From a virus, in IMG/VR virus record IMGVR_UViG_3300033146_004128, positions 96,001-160,000 of that record: a stretch of DNA of 64,000 bases; one strand, 5' to 3'. The notes under the pieces were generated by a model that saw nothing but the letters and a program-made list of their open reading frames with translations, made no database searches and was not told the DNA's origin. Below are positions 22,911 to 32,935 of the stretch, piece after piece (the first letter of the stretch is position 1; every line of letters starts with the position of its first letter). The position numbers and the translations under genes were made by a program.

Positions 22911-24851
22911 ATGGCCAACATTTACAGACTAGACAATAACTGGATATCATCGGCACTTATGCCGTTAGAGACTATATTTACATCATCGAACATAAGAGCA
23001 TCATCTTCTGCGGTAAACATATTCACTGGTGGAGATATCGCACTTGGTCTTAATGCCGGATCAAGAAGAATCGCATACAAGCACAACGACATCTTATTCA
23101 AGACACAGACAAAAGATAGTGGAACTAATAATATCACTTTCGTAACAAGACCTTCTATAGAGAAGGGATTTGTGCAGTGGAATGGATCATTCTCGTGGAA
23201 GAATATCCTAAAAGACCTTCTTTCATTCGACATAACTACAGAACCTGAATCATTGGATATTACAATCAGTAGCGAAAGCAAGACTCTAGTATCTACTGGG
23301 GAAGCTCCATTTACGATCTCATGGAATGATACTGATATAATGTTTAATGACGTACCGTTTACGGGTACTGGGTCTTTTACTCCTGGTACAATGGAATTTA
23401 CAGTAGATGCCACAGAGCTTCTAGATAAGCTTCATGGAGAATATGCAAGTATAGATAGAGTTGAGTATCAGGCACCAACTGAGCCATACGACCTATCCTA
23501 TTCATTGATAGATGGAGAGGAAGGCGTATACAGGGAAGAAGAAATAGTTATTGATTACACGGACATAATCTTTGATGATTATGGTCATCAGTACTTTGTA
23601 GTTCCTGACTATTCATTTGGAGTTTCTCAGACTGCAATATGGTTCCCGTCAGGATCACCATCGTATCTTAAGAATGACCAGTTCTCTTTTATACTTGCAG
23701 GGGATATAGCAAATTCAACGCTACCTAATAGTTTTGCAGAGTTCAGCAAGGATAGATTGCGGTCTGCAGTAAACACATCTACGCTATACAATGACGGACT
23801 AATAGAGTGTTCAGAAAAGACATACATCGGATACGTTCGTGTTTACAGTTCATATATATATGTTGACTATTACTATATAAAAATACCTGTTACAGAAGAT
23901 GAATGTGCACAACTTGAAGAGTCCATATCGTACGGTAGAGCATGTAGACTTAAGATTTCAGATACAGACATTACTATACGGAACATAGACAGTTCACTAG
24001 ATCATGTATCACTAGTAAGTAATGCGACTTCATTGGCCCATAGTGCATATACAAAGTTTAAATTTGGAGCAGGATCGTTCAAGTCAAACTACCCTCTGTA
24101 CTCATACAGAGACAAGAGGGATACTCTTGAGGTAACATTCAACAGAGAAAGTTCATCTAAGTACATAAAGATTACAATAGAGGATCAACCTACAAGGTAC
24201 AGAGCTACCATTGAGACGAGAAGTGGTACCCAAACATCAACGTCAACGAAAAACTTCCCAAGATACTCATCTAATGCAGAGTGGTCTTTAGGTAGCACAG
24301 CATATATAAACATGATTCTTAAGAGATCCCTCGACAACGTGTCGGACACGACAGAGACTTTATTTACGAACGGTGCTATATCTCTTGATGGGGATACAAT
24401 AAAGATTCTTACTCGAACACTATATGTCAATATACTTGAGCAAGCTGTAGCTTTTCCTCAGTTAAATCTTACATATGACACACTTGCAGTTGTGGCATGG
24501 CCAGATGAGGAAGGAAACCTTCAGAATCTTCAAATAAACTTCCAGCCGGCAACTGGCGCCATATATGGTAGAATTGCGCAAGGGTCATCATATGACTACT
24601 ATAACAAGGATGCAATGTTAGAGATGCTGAACTCTATAAATCCTATATACGACTTCAATATGACATGTAACATATCTAGCCTTACATACGAAGACCTAGA
24701 TGGCGTAACACAGGTATATCCATTTACGAACTCAACAATGATCATCGCTGAAGCAATAAACGGATTCTCAGGCAAGTTCTACAGAGTGTATTATAAAAAT
24801 GCTGATAGCTATGGTTTTGTAGTAGCTAAACAATATTCAATCCAGGAGTAA
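22911..24851 (+). CDS. Large S/T/Y-rich hypothetical protein (about 646 aa), possible fibre/appendage
   Basis: AAGGA RBS before ATG 22911; composition typical of beta-rich virion appendages. Confidence 0.7.
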   Translation: MANIYRLDNNWISSALMPLETIFTSSNIRASSSAVNIFTGGDIALGLNAGSRRIAYKHNDILFKTQTKDSGTNNITFVTRPSIEKGFVQWNGSFSWKNILKDLLSFDITTEPESLDITISSESKTLVSTGEAPFTISWNDTDIMFNDVPFTGTGSFTPGTMEFTVDATELLDKLHGEYASIDRVEYQAPTEPYDLSYSLIDGEEGVYREEEIVIDYTDIIFDDYGHQYFVVPDYSFGVSQTAIWFPSGSPSYLKNDQFSFILAGDIANSTLPNSFAEFSKDRLRSAVNTSTLYNDGLIECSEKTYIGYVRVYSSYIYVDYYYIKIPVTEDECAQLEESISYGRACRLKISDTDITIRNIDSSLDHVSLVSNATSLAHSAYTKFKFGAGSFKSNYPLYSYRDKRDTLEVTFNRESSSKYIKITIEDQPTRYRATIETRSGTQTSTSTKNFPRYSSNAEWSLGSTAYINMILKRSLDNVSDTTETLFTNGAISLDGDTIKILTRTLYVNILEQAVAFPQLNLTYDTLAVVAWPDEEGNLQNLQINFQPATGAIYGRIAQGSSYDYYNKDAMLEMLNSINPIYDFNMTCNISSLTYEDLDGVTQVYPFTNSTMIIAEAINGFSGKFYRVYYKNADSYGFVVAKQYSIQE

Positions 24852-24853
24852 TT

Positions 24854-26377
24854 ATGATACCGAATAGTAGAAGATTTCAACGAGGGGCATACAGAGTTCT
24901 GATGCCAAACTCATTCAATGGGAATATTGTTTTTGACAAGTTTGGAGAGGCAAAAGGGAATGACATCAGGGTAGACGGAGCCATACATGAGGAGATAGGT
25001 AGTGCAGGCGACTTCAATGATGTGTATCTGAACAAGAGAAGCGTTGTGAGGATATCAAAAGGACGCAAGATTCCAGTAGTTGCAAACGTAGACTTCTCTA
25101 TCGGAAGCAAGAACTACGGAAAAATAAGACTTATGTCTGTAAGTAAATCAGACTTCTCTTTGGATATATCTTTGGGGGACGACAACTATCTAGACATGAA
25201 GACATACGACACTGATGATATCAATATCGGAAACAATAATGTAGTGTATGGAGCACTTGATGTCTCTAATGGAGGTGTATCAATAGGTAATAACAACATG
25301 CTTATAGACTTTAAAACGGAGATACACAAAGATACTGTCGTAAAAGGCTTCCCTAGAGTCGGCTCACTTATGTTCGAGACAAAAGTTACAGAGTATGCAG
25401 GTATCGGACAAGACTATATTGAAGTTGAGGATACAAGTAGAATAGCCTTTGGAACTGAGATCAGGTTCAGTAGTGTTTCGGCAGCTTTTGTATCCAGAAT
25501 AGTAACATCTGTGACAGGGAACAGAGTTTATTTTGATGAGCCCCTGCTGTCAAAAGAGTCAACCTTCCCGGACGGGTTGGTATTTAATGAGTTTTACGAG
25601 ATCTTACCTGAAGAGGCAGTAAATGTTGATTCCAACCACATGTACAAGCCAGGTCCAACAAAGCGATTATTCCTAAGTAGGTATGTAAATTGGCCTCTTA
25701 GGGATGTCACCATCACATCATATCATGGAGAAGTCCTTATGCAGACAAAAATGTTCTTTGTTAGAGCTGGTGACAATATGGCAATTATTCGTGACCTAAT
25801 ACCAGACTCAAGTGATATAAGCGGAATGTTTCTTGTCACGGCTGCAGAGTTTAATCCATATAAGGAGTGGACAGTAACCCTAACGAAAGACGAGGTAGAT
25901 ACACACAAATACTATATCAATAGCAAATGCTTGGCTTTCATAGGAAGATCCACAATAGTAGATGGAGTAGAAGCTACCATTATAGCATATGATAATGAGA
26001 GCATTACTCTTGATGTTGAACTAGTAGAGACTGAGACAGAAGTTGTGTTTGCCGAAGAAGACAGTACTCCTTCCGGAGAGATGATTTTGTCTAAGATAAC
26101 ATCAAACATACCAGGAAACTCATCTGAGATCCCTGTTGTCGATGGTAGTGCGTTCTTTATTGGCCAAAAGATAAAGGTTGATGGTATGTCAACAATAGCA
26201 ACTATCACTGAGATAAACGACAATATTTTATCTCTAAGCGAGAATCTATTCGACAGCGTAGTGTCAGATAAGTTCTACATAGGAAGATATGAGTTGTCAC
26301 TTGGTACTGATATGCACAAAAGTAAAATATCTGGGGCAGAAGAAGATCTGCATGAATTTATATTTGGAGAAAATTAA
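24854..26377 (+). CDS. Virion protein with repeated small beta-barrel modules (507 aa)
   Basis: AGGAG RBS. Recurrent modules IGQDYIEVEDTSRIAFGTEIRF...IVTSVTGNRVYFDEPL and SSEIPVVDGSAFFIGQKIKV...TITEINDNILSLSENL, a pattern common in phage tail/baseplate proteins. Confidence 0.55.
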   Translation: MIPNSRRFQRGAYRVLMPNSFNGNIVFDKFGEAKGNDIRVDGAIHEEIGSAGDFNDVYLNKRSVVRISKGRKIPVVANVDFSIGSKNYGKIRLMSVSKSDFSLDISLGDDNYLDMKTYDTDDINIGNNNVVYGALDVSNGGVSIGNNNMLIDFKTEIHKDTVVKGFPRVGSLMFETKVTEYAGIGQDYIEVEDTSRIAFGTEIRFSSVSAAFVSRIVTSVTGNRVYFDEPLLSKESTFPDGLVFNEFYEILPEEAVNVDSNHMYKPGPTKRLFLSRYVNWPLRDVTITSYHGEVLMQTKMFFVRAGDNMAIIRDLIPDSSDISGMFLVTAAEFNPYKEWTVTLTKDEVDTHKYYINSKCLAFIGRSTIVDGVEATIIAYDNESITLDVELVETETEVVFAEEDSTPSGEMILSKITSNIPGNSSEIPVVDGSAFFIGQKIKVDGMSTIATITEINDNILSLSENLFDSVVSDKFYIGRYELSLGTDMHKSKISGAEEDLHEFIFGEN

Positions 26378-27609
26378 TGAAAATATCTATGCCAGCAAGA
26401 ACTGCCCACTTCAAGAGTGGAATACTGTTCTTTAACTTAAAAAACAGCAGACACAATATAGTTGATGAAGACATACAGTCTGGATATGATTTGTGCTTCG
26501 TCCTTGATAAACATTCCGTGTATGTCAATATAGACCCAGGACTTGAGTTTGGAGTTCTTGAATCTGACACAGGTGAAATGTACGGGCCATATTCAAGTTA
26601 TATGTCTGTGGTATCATTGCATTTATTTGGACAGTATGACAACCTTATAAAGTTTCTAAGAGAGAGTTTCGTTCTCAATAATGATATAGGTGCATATCAA
26701 TTCATTTTTGGTTCTTTTAGATATACAAGAGGACTGTATGAGTTTACAGAAGACACTCCTGTTACGGCAAGAAGACTAGCAGAGTTTATACCTCCAATGT
26801 ATGAGAGATTCGAGTATGAGTTTGAGCCTCATACGTATTTTGCTGACGGGTCCATAGAGATGTTCCTGAACAAGCTAAACATTATGTTCAATGAAGGAAA
26901 CTTTGCGGAAGAGAAAAGAGAGACTGAGAATTTCCTAATGGGCTCAGTAGAGAGGTCTTCTGGATATGGCGTTCGGAAGGAGAATGGAAAATCATTCATG
27001 GTAGCAAATCTTTCACACAGAAGACACTCTGTATTTTTTGCACCTTTCAGGATGCCAGTAGAGTATATATCGTTCTTGAGTGACGGATCTCAAAAAGCAG
27101 AGGATGTCATGTATGAGTATATTACAAGCGCAGAGATAGAGACAGTTGATAATGATGCAGATGTAGAATATTACTCGGATGTATATGGTGTAGATATAGC
27201 AAGTAAAACAGTAGATATGGCAACATACTCTCTATTTGAAGATATAGTATTTGTATTGACACCTTTTGATGACCCGTCCGAAGTATATATATTCGTAAAG
27301 ACTTCTGACTTTGGAATAGTTACAATAGGTTTTGATCCGCTTAGAAAAAGGTTCACAATTTTTGGAGATGATAAAATTGCAGATATAAGCTCTGGAATGA
27401 CAAATGCCAACGTTTTAGTTGATGGCACAACATTGAAGTTTGCATATGACTCAGATATAGATGGTGTAGTTGCCAACAATGACCTAGCAATCAGAATATC
27501 TGACACAGAGTTTAGTCTTGACTGTAATAAAAATAGAGCGTACACAACACTAGGCAACGTGCTTGCTGCCACATATGTTGGTGACTTGCTCAACAATATA
27601 TTCGTATAG
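26377..27609 (+). CDS. Hypothetical protein (410 aa)
   Basis: TAATG coupling, GGAG RBS. Confidence 0.7.
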   Translation: MKISMPARTAHFKSGILFFNLKNSRHNIVDEDIQSGYDLCFVLDKHSVYVNIDPGLEFGVLESDTGEMYGPYSSYMSVVSLHLFGQYDNLIKFLRESFVLNNDIGAYQFIFGSFRYTRGLYEFTEDTPVTARRLAEFIPPMYERFEYEFEPHTYFADGSIEMFLNKLNIMFNEGNFAEEKRETENFLMGSVERSSGYGVRKENGKSFMVANLSHRRHSVFFAPFRMPVEYISFLSDGSQKAEDVMYEYITSAEIETVDNDADVEYYSDVYGVDIASKTVDMATYSLFEDIVFVLTPFDDPSEVYIFVKTSDFGIVTIGFDPLRKRFTIFGDDKIADISSGMTNANVLVDGTTLKFAYDSDIDGVVANNDLAIRISDTEFSLDCNKNRAYTTLGNVLAATYVGDLLNNIFV

Positions 27610-27617
27610 GAGACATA

Positions 27618-28511
27618 ATGAAATATTATAATGAGGCAACTGCAGAGATTGTCTCTTCAACCGAAGAGAGAGATGGGGTTATACCTATAGAAAAAAAGAT
27701 ATTGAGCAGTATAAAGTGCAAAATAGATCCTATAAGTGGGGACAGCCTAACAATATTTAATGAGGATTTAACAAAGAACTATAAGGTTACATTACAGTAT
27801 GATGGGGATACACGTTTCCTGGCAGAGAATGGATATCCTGATCCTGTAGAGCTAATTAGAGAGCCATGCTACAGGGAGCCTGACATAGATGCACTTAAGG
27901 TATCGTGGTGTGATGATGTGTCTATGAGCAAAGTTAAGCTTAAAACAGGGACAGAAAGAAAACCTATAGGCAGATCATATCTTGACTCAAGCAGTACGTT
28001 TATGGCATATAGCGTATCTTTTGTTGTATATACAGGAGAAAGATATAACCTGTTTGAATCTCAAAACATTGTAGTGTTCGTAGATAGAGGAAAATTATAT
28101 ATAAATGACACAGAGCTTATGGATGTTAGGCTTGGTGAAAAAACAATATTTACTATACTTAGATATCCTTACTACAACACGTATGGAGCATATTCCACGA
28201 GGAACCATATTGCGTCCATTATCCTTGTTGACAAGTTTGCACTTGCTCTCCATCTTGATGGATCACAGAACTATAAAGATGCATTTGTAAACACTGGAGA
28301 AGATGGATTCGAGGTTTATGACTCGAATGTGTACAGGATAGATAGAGAGGTTGACGGACATGGAGTAACTCCCTACTACTTAAGAAGATATGCGTATACT
28401 GCCGAGGGTGTGTATCAGGATACTCTCATTAGTCAGCACTTTAGCAGTATGCTTCAGGCGAAGAGAGCACCATGTAAAATACTTAAAGAAATGAGAGGTG
28501 AATGCAAATGA
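27618..28511 (+). CDS. Hypothetical protein (297 aa)
   Basis: AGGAG RBS directly overlapping the upstream TAG. Confidence 0.7.
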   Translation: MKYYNEATAEIVSSTEERDGVIPIEKKILSSIKCKIDPISGDSLTIFNEDLTKNYKVTLQYDGDTRFLAENGYPDPVELIREPCYREPDIDALKVSWCDDVSMSKVKLKTGTERKPIGRSYLDSSSTFMAYSVSFVVYTGERYNLFESQNIVVFVDRGKLYINDTELMDVRLGEKTIFTILRYPYYNTYGAYSTRNHIASIILVDKFALALHLDGSQNYKDAFVNTGEDGFEVYDSNVYRIDREVDGHGVTPYYLRRYAYTAEGVYQDTLISQHFSSMLQAKRAPCKILKEMRGECK

Positions 28512-29782
28512 TAAACATGAAGGAAGTTTTTTACTCAAAAATAGGAAACCATTCTATGGGTAGAGAGATTGTATATAAGGTATACTTCGGGAGTATAGAC
28601 CCACAGTTCTACTTTGCTGCATATGTTATTCCAAGAGGAGAATCTTATGACATGTTTTACATCCCACAGGTGAACAATATTGCCGACAATGGGATTATTG
28701 ATATGTCCGAAGACAGCTCCACATCAAGAATGAATATTCAATATGGAGAGCCTGTAGAAATTCTCCTAACAAACCCTTTTGTTGAAGGAAGAGGATCTAT
28801 TGTTAGTGTATCTGTATCTATAGATGAGAGTCCCGTTGCAGTAAACACCAGCAGTCTTACCCAATTTAACCTAGACGATGCAAGGGCTATAACAAGAGAA
28901 GCCATACAGCCATTGATAGACGCAAAGATGTATCTACTTGCCAATATTGCAATGATAGAGGTTGAGACCAAGCTCAGAAACATATTGGAATCTTCCGTAG
29001 GCGTTAATCAGGATACTGCAATACCTACAATCCTGAGAAGTGTTCTAGCAGTAAAGAAAATTTTCATAGACAACCTACCTGATGGGATGCCTGAAGAAGA
29101 CGAAGAGATGTTCTATATGCTGTATGTGCGAATGCTAAATGTATCTCCAGACTCGAATAATATACCTAGTATATTTGCAAAGGGGATACTGTTTGCAAAT
29201 ATGATGTACTCAGAGGGAATGACGGCACACTTGATACCATATGAAATACTGTTCAGACTAATGATAGATTGGTCAAAAGAATATAGGCCAGAGTACGTGT
29301 ATCTACTAAAGCAAGCATCAGACAATATTGAGATAAAGAGAACCATATCTGTAAACCTGTCTACCATGGAGGATCAGTCTAAGGTATATGAGCTTCTCAA
29401 TAAGACTCAAGAGTTCGTGTACTTGACGAATATAAGGTTCACAAATATGGATAACGGGGAGTATAAGGACTTCAGAATAAACAATGAGTACTTCGAAAAC
29501 TACATAAAGACCACAGACAGATGTATAGAGCAAAAGGGAATACCGTCAGAAGATGGTACAATTACGATACAATACGGATATGGAACAGATTGCGATAGCT
29601 TCATAGGGCTAACATCGACAGACAATCAAAATGTAAAGCGTGGTGTTAGGCGTGACGATAAGATTATTGATAATGAGTTCAAGACGGCAAGAACATGGCA
29701 ATGGGTCAATGACGAGATCATCCAGATAGAGGGTGATGTTACTACAGCAGGAACGATAGCTGTTGAATTTACAGGAGTATAG
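28502..29782 (+). CDS. Hypothetical protein (about 425 aa)
   Basis: GAGGTG RBS; start at 28502 or 28508, overlapping the upstream stop. Confidence 0.7.
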   Translation: MQMINMKEVFYSKIGNHSMGREIVYKVYFGSIDPQFYFAAYVIPRGESYDMFYIPQVNNIADNGIIDMSEDSSTSRMNIQYGEPVEILLTNPFVEGRGSIVSVSVSIDESPVAVNTSSLTQFNLDDARAITREAIQPLIDAKMYLLANIAMIEVETKLRNILESSVGVNQDTAIPTILRSVLAVKKIFIDNLPDGMPEEDEEMFYMLYVRMLNVSPDSNNIPSIFAKGILFANMMYSEGMTAHLIPYEILFRLMIDWSKEYRPEYVYLLKQASDNIEIKRTISVNLSTMEDQSKVYELLNKTQEFVYLTNIRFTNMDNGEYKDFRINNEYFENYIKTTDRCIEQKGIPSEDGTITIQYGYGTDCDSFIGLTSTDNQNVKRGVRRDDKIIDNEFKTARTWQWVNDEIIQIEGDVTTAGTIAVEFTGV

Positions 29783-30496
29783 ATGAATAATATTATGCAT
29801 GATTTCAGTGGGAAGATATCAGCTACAATGAATGCGCTAGACAAGGATGCAACCTTGTATGCAATGGCTTCAAGAGCAGAAATGCCTGCCATACTAGCGT
29901 TCTATGGAGCATGCATGATCGTAGGTAGAGACATTCTTGAATATGAGAACGAAACTATACAATATCTTCTCCTTGAGAAGAGGACTGCACCATCAATAGT
30001 CCAGAAGGCAATAATGGTAAAAAGTCTGATCTCAAACATGGATGGTGTATTGACTGTGCCTGAGTATTTAAACATTGCTGCAGATGTACTATGTGATGAT
30101 GATGTAGAGACTGGGATCATTGATTATGTAGAGCCGGCAAAGTTGATATGGACTATAATCATGCTTATGGCCATTTATAATGCTGACAATATACCCATTG
30201 ATGGGGATGCGCTAAGATATGTAGTTGCATGCCTTAAATCAGATGGCTGGACAATGCCTCCATATTTACTTAACGTAGACAAGGTTGCAACATACTTTGA
30301 ATATTATGATGAGGAATACTATAAGTCCATAATGTGTGAGGAGAATGAACTACTTATGGTGTGCGGGACAAATACTGACAGAGATATGGTTGATGCAAAA
30401 TCAAACTTCATGGAAATGCATAAGCCACTATTCCAATATCTTCATCTAAAATCTGCAGAACTTCAAAGAGAAACAAAAGATCTTAGGGTTAAATAA
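29783..30496 (+). CDS. Hypothetical alpha-helical protein upstream of terL (terminase small subunit position, unproven)
   Basis: AGGAG RBS; 237 aa; coupled to terL by TAATG. Function inferred from position only. Confidence 0.6.
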   Translation: MNNIMHDFSGKISATMNALDKDATLYAMASRAEMPAILAFYGACMIVGRDILEYENETIQYLLLEKRTAPSIVQKAIMVKSLISNMDGVLTVPEYLNIAADVLCDDDVETGIIDYVEPAKLIWTIIMLMAIYNADNIPIDGDALRYVVACLKSDGWTMPPYLLNVDKVATYFEYYDEEYYKSIMCEENELLMVCGTNTDRDMVDAKSNFMEMHKPLFQYLHLKSAELQRETKDLRVK

Positions 30497-32082
30497 TGAG
30501 GACTGACACTAGGGTATCATTCCTTATTGACAAGTATGCCCAGATAGATGGCAAGAAGATGGACTTCGACAAGTATGATGCCTTTAGGCTACCGTACGAA
30601 GTTGATGAAAGAAAGATGATGGTTACTGCCGGTAGACAGGTCGGAAAGACAGTATACCTTGCAGCTAAGATATCAGCCAAGTCCATAATAAGAAAATCAA
30701 ACAGAGCTGTGTATGTTGCCCCACTTGAAGCACAGACAAAATCTTTCTCAAAAACAAAACTGCAAAAAATTATCGATGATACACCTCAGTTTAAGGCAGT
30801 ATATACAGGAAGTGATGCGCAGAGTGATGTTTTCTTCAAGAAGAATATACTTGGAAGCTATGTAGAGCTTACGTATGCATCACTATCTGGAATGGACCCC
30901 GTGCGTGTACGTGGTAAGTCAGCAGATGACTTGTATATTGATGAAGCACAGGATATTGACTACGACATACTTCCTGCGATAGAAGAGGTAACTACATCAT
31001 CAAGTCAGCCAGTAATAACATATACAGGTACAGCAAAGAGTCTGGAGAATACTACCGGTGTAATATGGGAGAGATCCACAAAGATGGAGAGAATGATAAG
31101 ATGTACGTCTTGTCACAAGCTAAACAATCTAGGGTACTCAAATGTTACAAAAGAAGGTCTGGTATGTAACAATATGAAATGCAGAAAGCGACTCGATGTT
31201 GCAAATGCAGAATGGATGATGACCGGGGACAAGCATGCAAACTATGTTGCATTTAGGATCCCTCAGATATGTCTACCATTCCATAATGAGCCAGAGAAGT
31301 GGCAGGCAGTATGGTCTAAGTACGAAGAATACCCTCCTGACAAATTCAACCAAGAGGTTCTTGGGATACCAAGTGGAGCGTCTGATAGGTTCCTTACTCT
31401 AGACAAGATGAAGAAGTTGTGTACCGGTGGTAGAATGACATATACTCCAGACAGGGAGTTTATGTCAAGATATCATGGATTCTTTATGGGTATCGACTGG
31501 ACCGGTGATGGTCTTTTGCAAAAATCTAGGACCGTTGCTGTAATAATTGGTCATAGACGTGATGGCAAGATGGAAATGGTTTGGGGAAAAATATTCCCTC
31601 CAGGTAATGCAAACCATCAGGCAGAGGATCTAATAAAACAAGCTCAACTATTTCAGTGTACCATTGTCGGAGCAGATGCCGGTATGGGAATGATACAGAA
31701 TGCTGACATGATGCAGAGCCTTGGCAATAATAGATTCAGACAGATACAATATGTTGCAAGCAATGATGGATTCTCATATGAGATTGATAAGAACATGATT
31801 AGACTAGGCAAGACACAAGCGATAGATACGGTAATGAGTATGTTTGTAGGAAAGTTTTTTCCAAGGCCTCTCAATGGAGGGAAGAAGCTAGAGTTCATAA
31901 TGCCTGACTATGATGACTCTAGGTTTTTCGTAGAGGATATACTTGCTGAGTTTGAACAGGAAACACGACAAGGTAAGAAAATGTGGACTCATAGTAATAT
32001 GAAGCCAGACGATACGCTACATGCTATAGTCTTCGGATTATATGCTTACATGCATCACAGAAACAAGGTGTCGTTCTACTAG
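30496..32082 (+). CDS. terL: Terminase large subunit (ATPase plus RNase H-like nuclease)
   Basis: Walker A AGRQVGKT, YVAP strand motif, Walker B LYIDEAQD, coupling motif YTGTAK, Zn-finger-like CTSC...CNNMKC, nuclease MGIDW and DDTLHA. Confidence 0.93.
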   Translation: MRTDTRVSFLIDKYAQIDGKKMDFDKYDAFRLPYEVDERKMMVTAGRQVGKTVYLAAKISAKSIIRKSNRAVYVAPLEAQTKSFSKTKLQKIIDDTPQFKAVYTGSDAQSDVFFKKNILGSYVELTYASLSGMDPVRVRGKSADDLYIDEAQDIDYDILPAIEEVTTSSSQPVITYTGTAKSLENTTGVIWERSTKMERMIRCTSCHKLNNLGYSNVTKEGLVCNNMKCRKRLDVANAEWMMTGDKHANYVAFRIPQICLPFHNEPEKWQAVWSKYEEYPPDKFNQEVLGIPSGASDRFLTLDKMKKLCTGGRMTYTPDREFMSRYHGFFMGIDWTGDGLLQKSRTVAVIIGHRRDGKMEMVWGKIFPPGNANHQAEDLIKQAQLFQCTIVGADAGMGMIQNADMMQSLGNNRFRQIQYVASNDGFSYEIDKNMIRLGKTQAIDTVMSMFVGKFFPRPLNGGKKLEFIMPDYDDSRFFVEDILAEFEQETRQGKKMWTHSNMKPDDTLHAIVFGLYAYMHHRNKVSFY

Positions 32083-32095
32083 TAAGACACAGCTA

Positions 32096-32124
32096 TTGGT
32101 TTTTTAGATAAAATGTGATACTAT
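32096..32124 (+). promoter_or_regulatory. sigma70-type promoter for the head operon
   Basis: TTGGTT-17 nt-TACTAT with an extended -10 TG (TGaTACTAT), in the 70-nt gap before the scaffold/decoration/MCP genes. Confidence 0.5.
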
Positions 32125-32152
32125 TTGATAAAGATAAAATCAAGGGAAAACC

Positions 32153-32470
32153 ATGCTTTCAAGAAAAGAAGTAGCGAGCCAGCTCAGAAAGGCTGCGACA
32201 GAGATACAAAAACTATCGGACGACAATGCTGCACTGGCTAGCGAAAACGAAGGACTTTTACAAAAAGTTGCTGGACTAGAAGCACAAGTGACTTCTTCTA
32301 ATGATGACCCCACCGCACTGCAGAAAGAGGCGGAAGAAGGTTTTTCATTTAGAAGTGGAAATGGATTCGGATCATCGGCAGACGATATTCCAACGATGAG
32401 TTCAGACTTGTCAGCAGAACAGCGTCTAGACATGATCTTAAATGGTGAGTCGCCTAGCGACTTTGAATAA
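32153..32470 (+). CDS. Probable capsid scaffolding protein (105 aa)
   Basis: Coiled coil (LRKAATEIQKLSDDNAALASENEGLLQKVAGLEAQV), acidic linker, short C-terminal helix (AEQRLDMILNG), three hydrophobic-x-K-x-A motifs, position before decoration and MCP genes. Confidence 0.5.
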   Translation: MLSRKEVASQLRKAATEIQKLSDDNAALASENEGLLQKVAGLEAQVTSSNDDPTALQKEAEEGFSFRSGNGFGSSADDIPTMSSDLSAEQRLDMILNGESPSDFE

Positions 32471-32491
32471 TAAAACATAAGGAATTTAATT

Positions 32492-32923
32492 ATGGGTTAC
32501 AAAACTGAAAAGATTTTTGGCAGACGAGAAATGGTGCACATTGTGTCACCAGACTTTCTTGCTCTCCCGAAACTTGAAATTGAACTAGGAGATGGCGTTG
32601 TTGTCAAGTCCGGTGAGTTTGTTGGTTATGATGGTCAGAAGATCACACTAACTGATGCAAAAAAAGGTTTCTTCCTGGTAACAGAAGATAGCCATTACAA
32701 TGACATGCTCGATAGAATGAAGCCGTCAGGTGTAGTAGAAGGGTTCTTCGGTGAGATGCTAATTCACACTAAAGTATTCAATGAAGGTGGTACAGCGTTC
32801 GCAGCAGGCGACAAAGTATCTATAAAAGATGGTGGGATTGTTCACGTAGACGGAACAAACACTATTGAAGTTGGTGAAGTTGTTGGCCGTGGTGCTGACT
32901 GGCTTGCTATCATACTTGGTTAA
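32492..32923 (+). CDS. Probable capsid decoration/cement protein (143 aa)
   Basis: AAGGA RBS; G/V-rich beta-tulip-like sequence (KSGEFVG...FAAGDKVSIKDG...VGEVVG) immediately upstream of the MCP; high-expression codons. Confidence 0.6.
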   Translation: MGYKTEKIFGRREMVHIVSPDFLALPKLEIELGDGVVVKSGEFVGYDGQKITLTDAKKGFFLVTEDSHYNDMLDRMKPSGVVEGFFGEMLIHTKVFNEGGTAFAAGDKVSIKDGGIVHVDGTNTIEVGEVVGRGADWLAIILG

Positions 32924-32935
32924 TAAGGAGAACAC

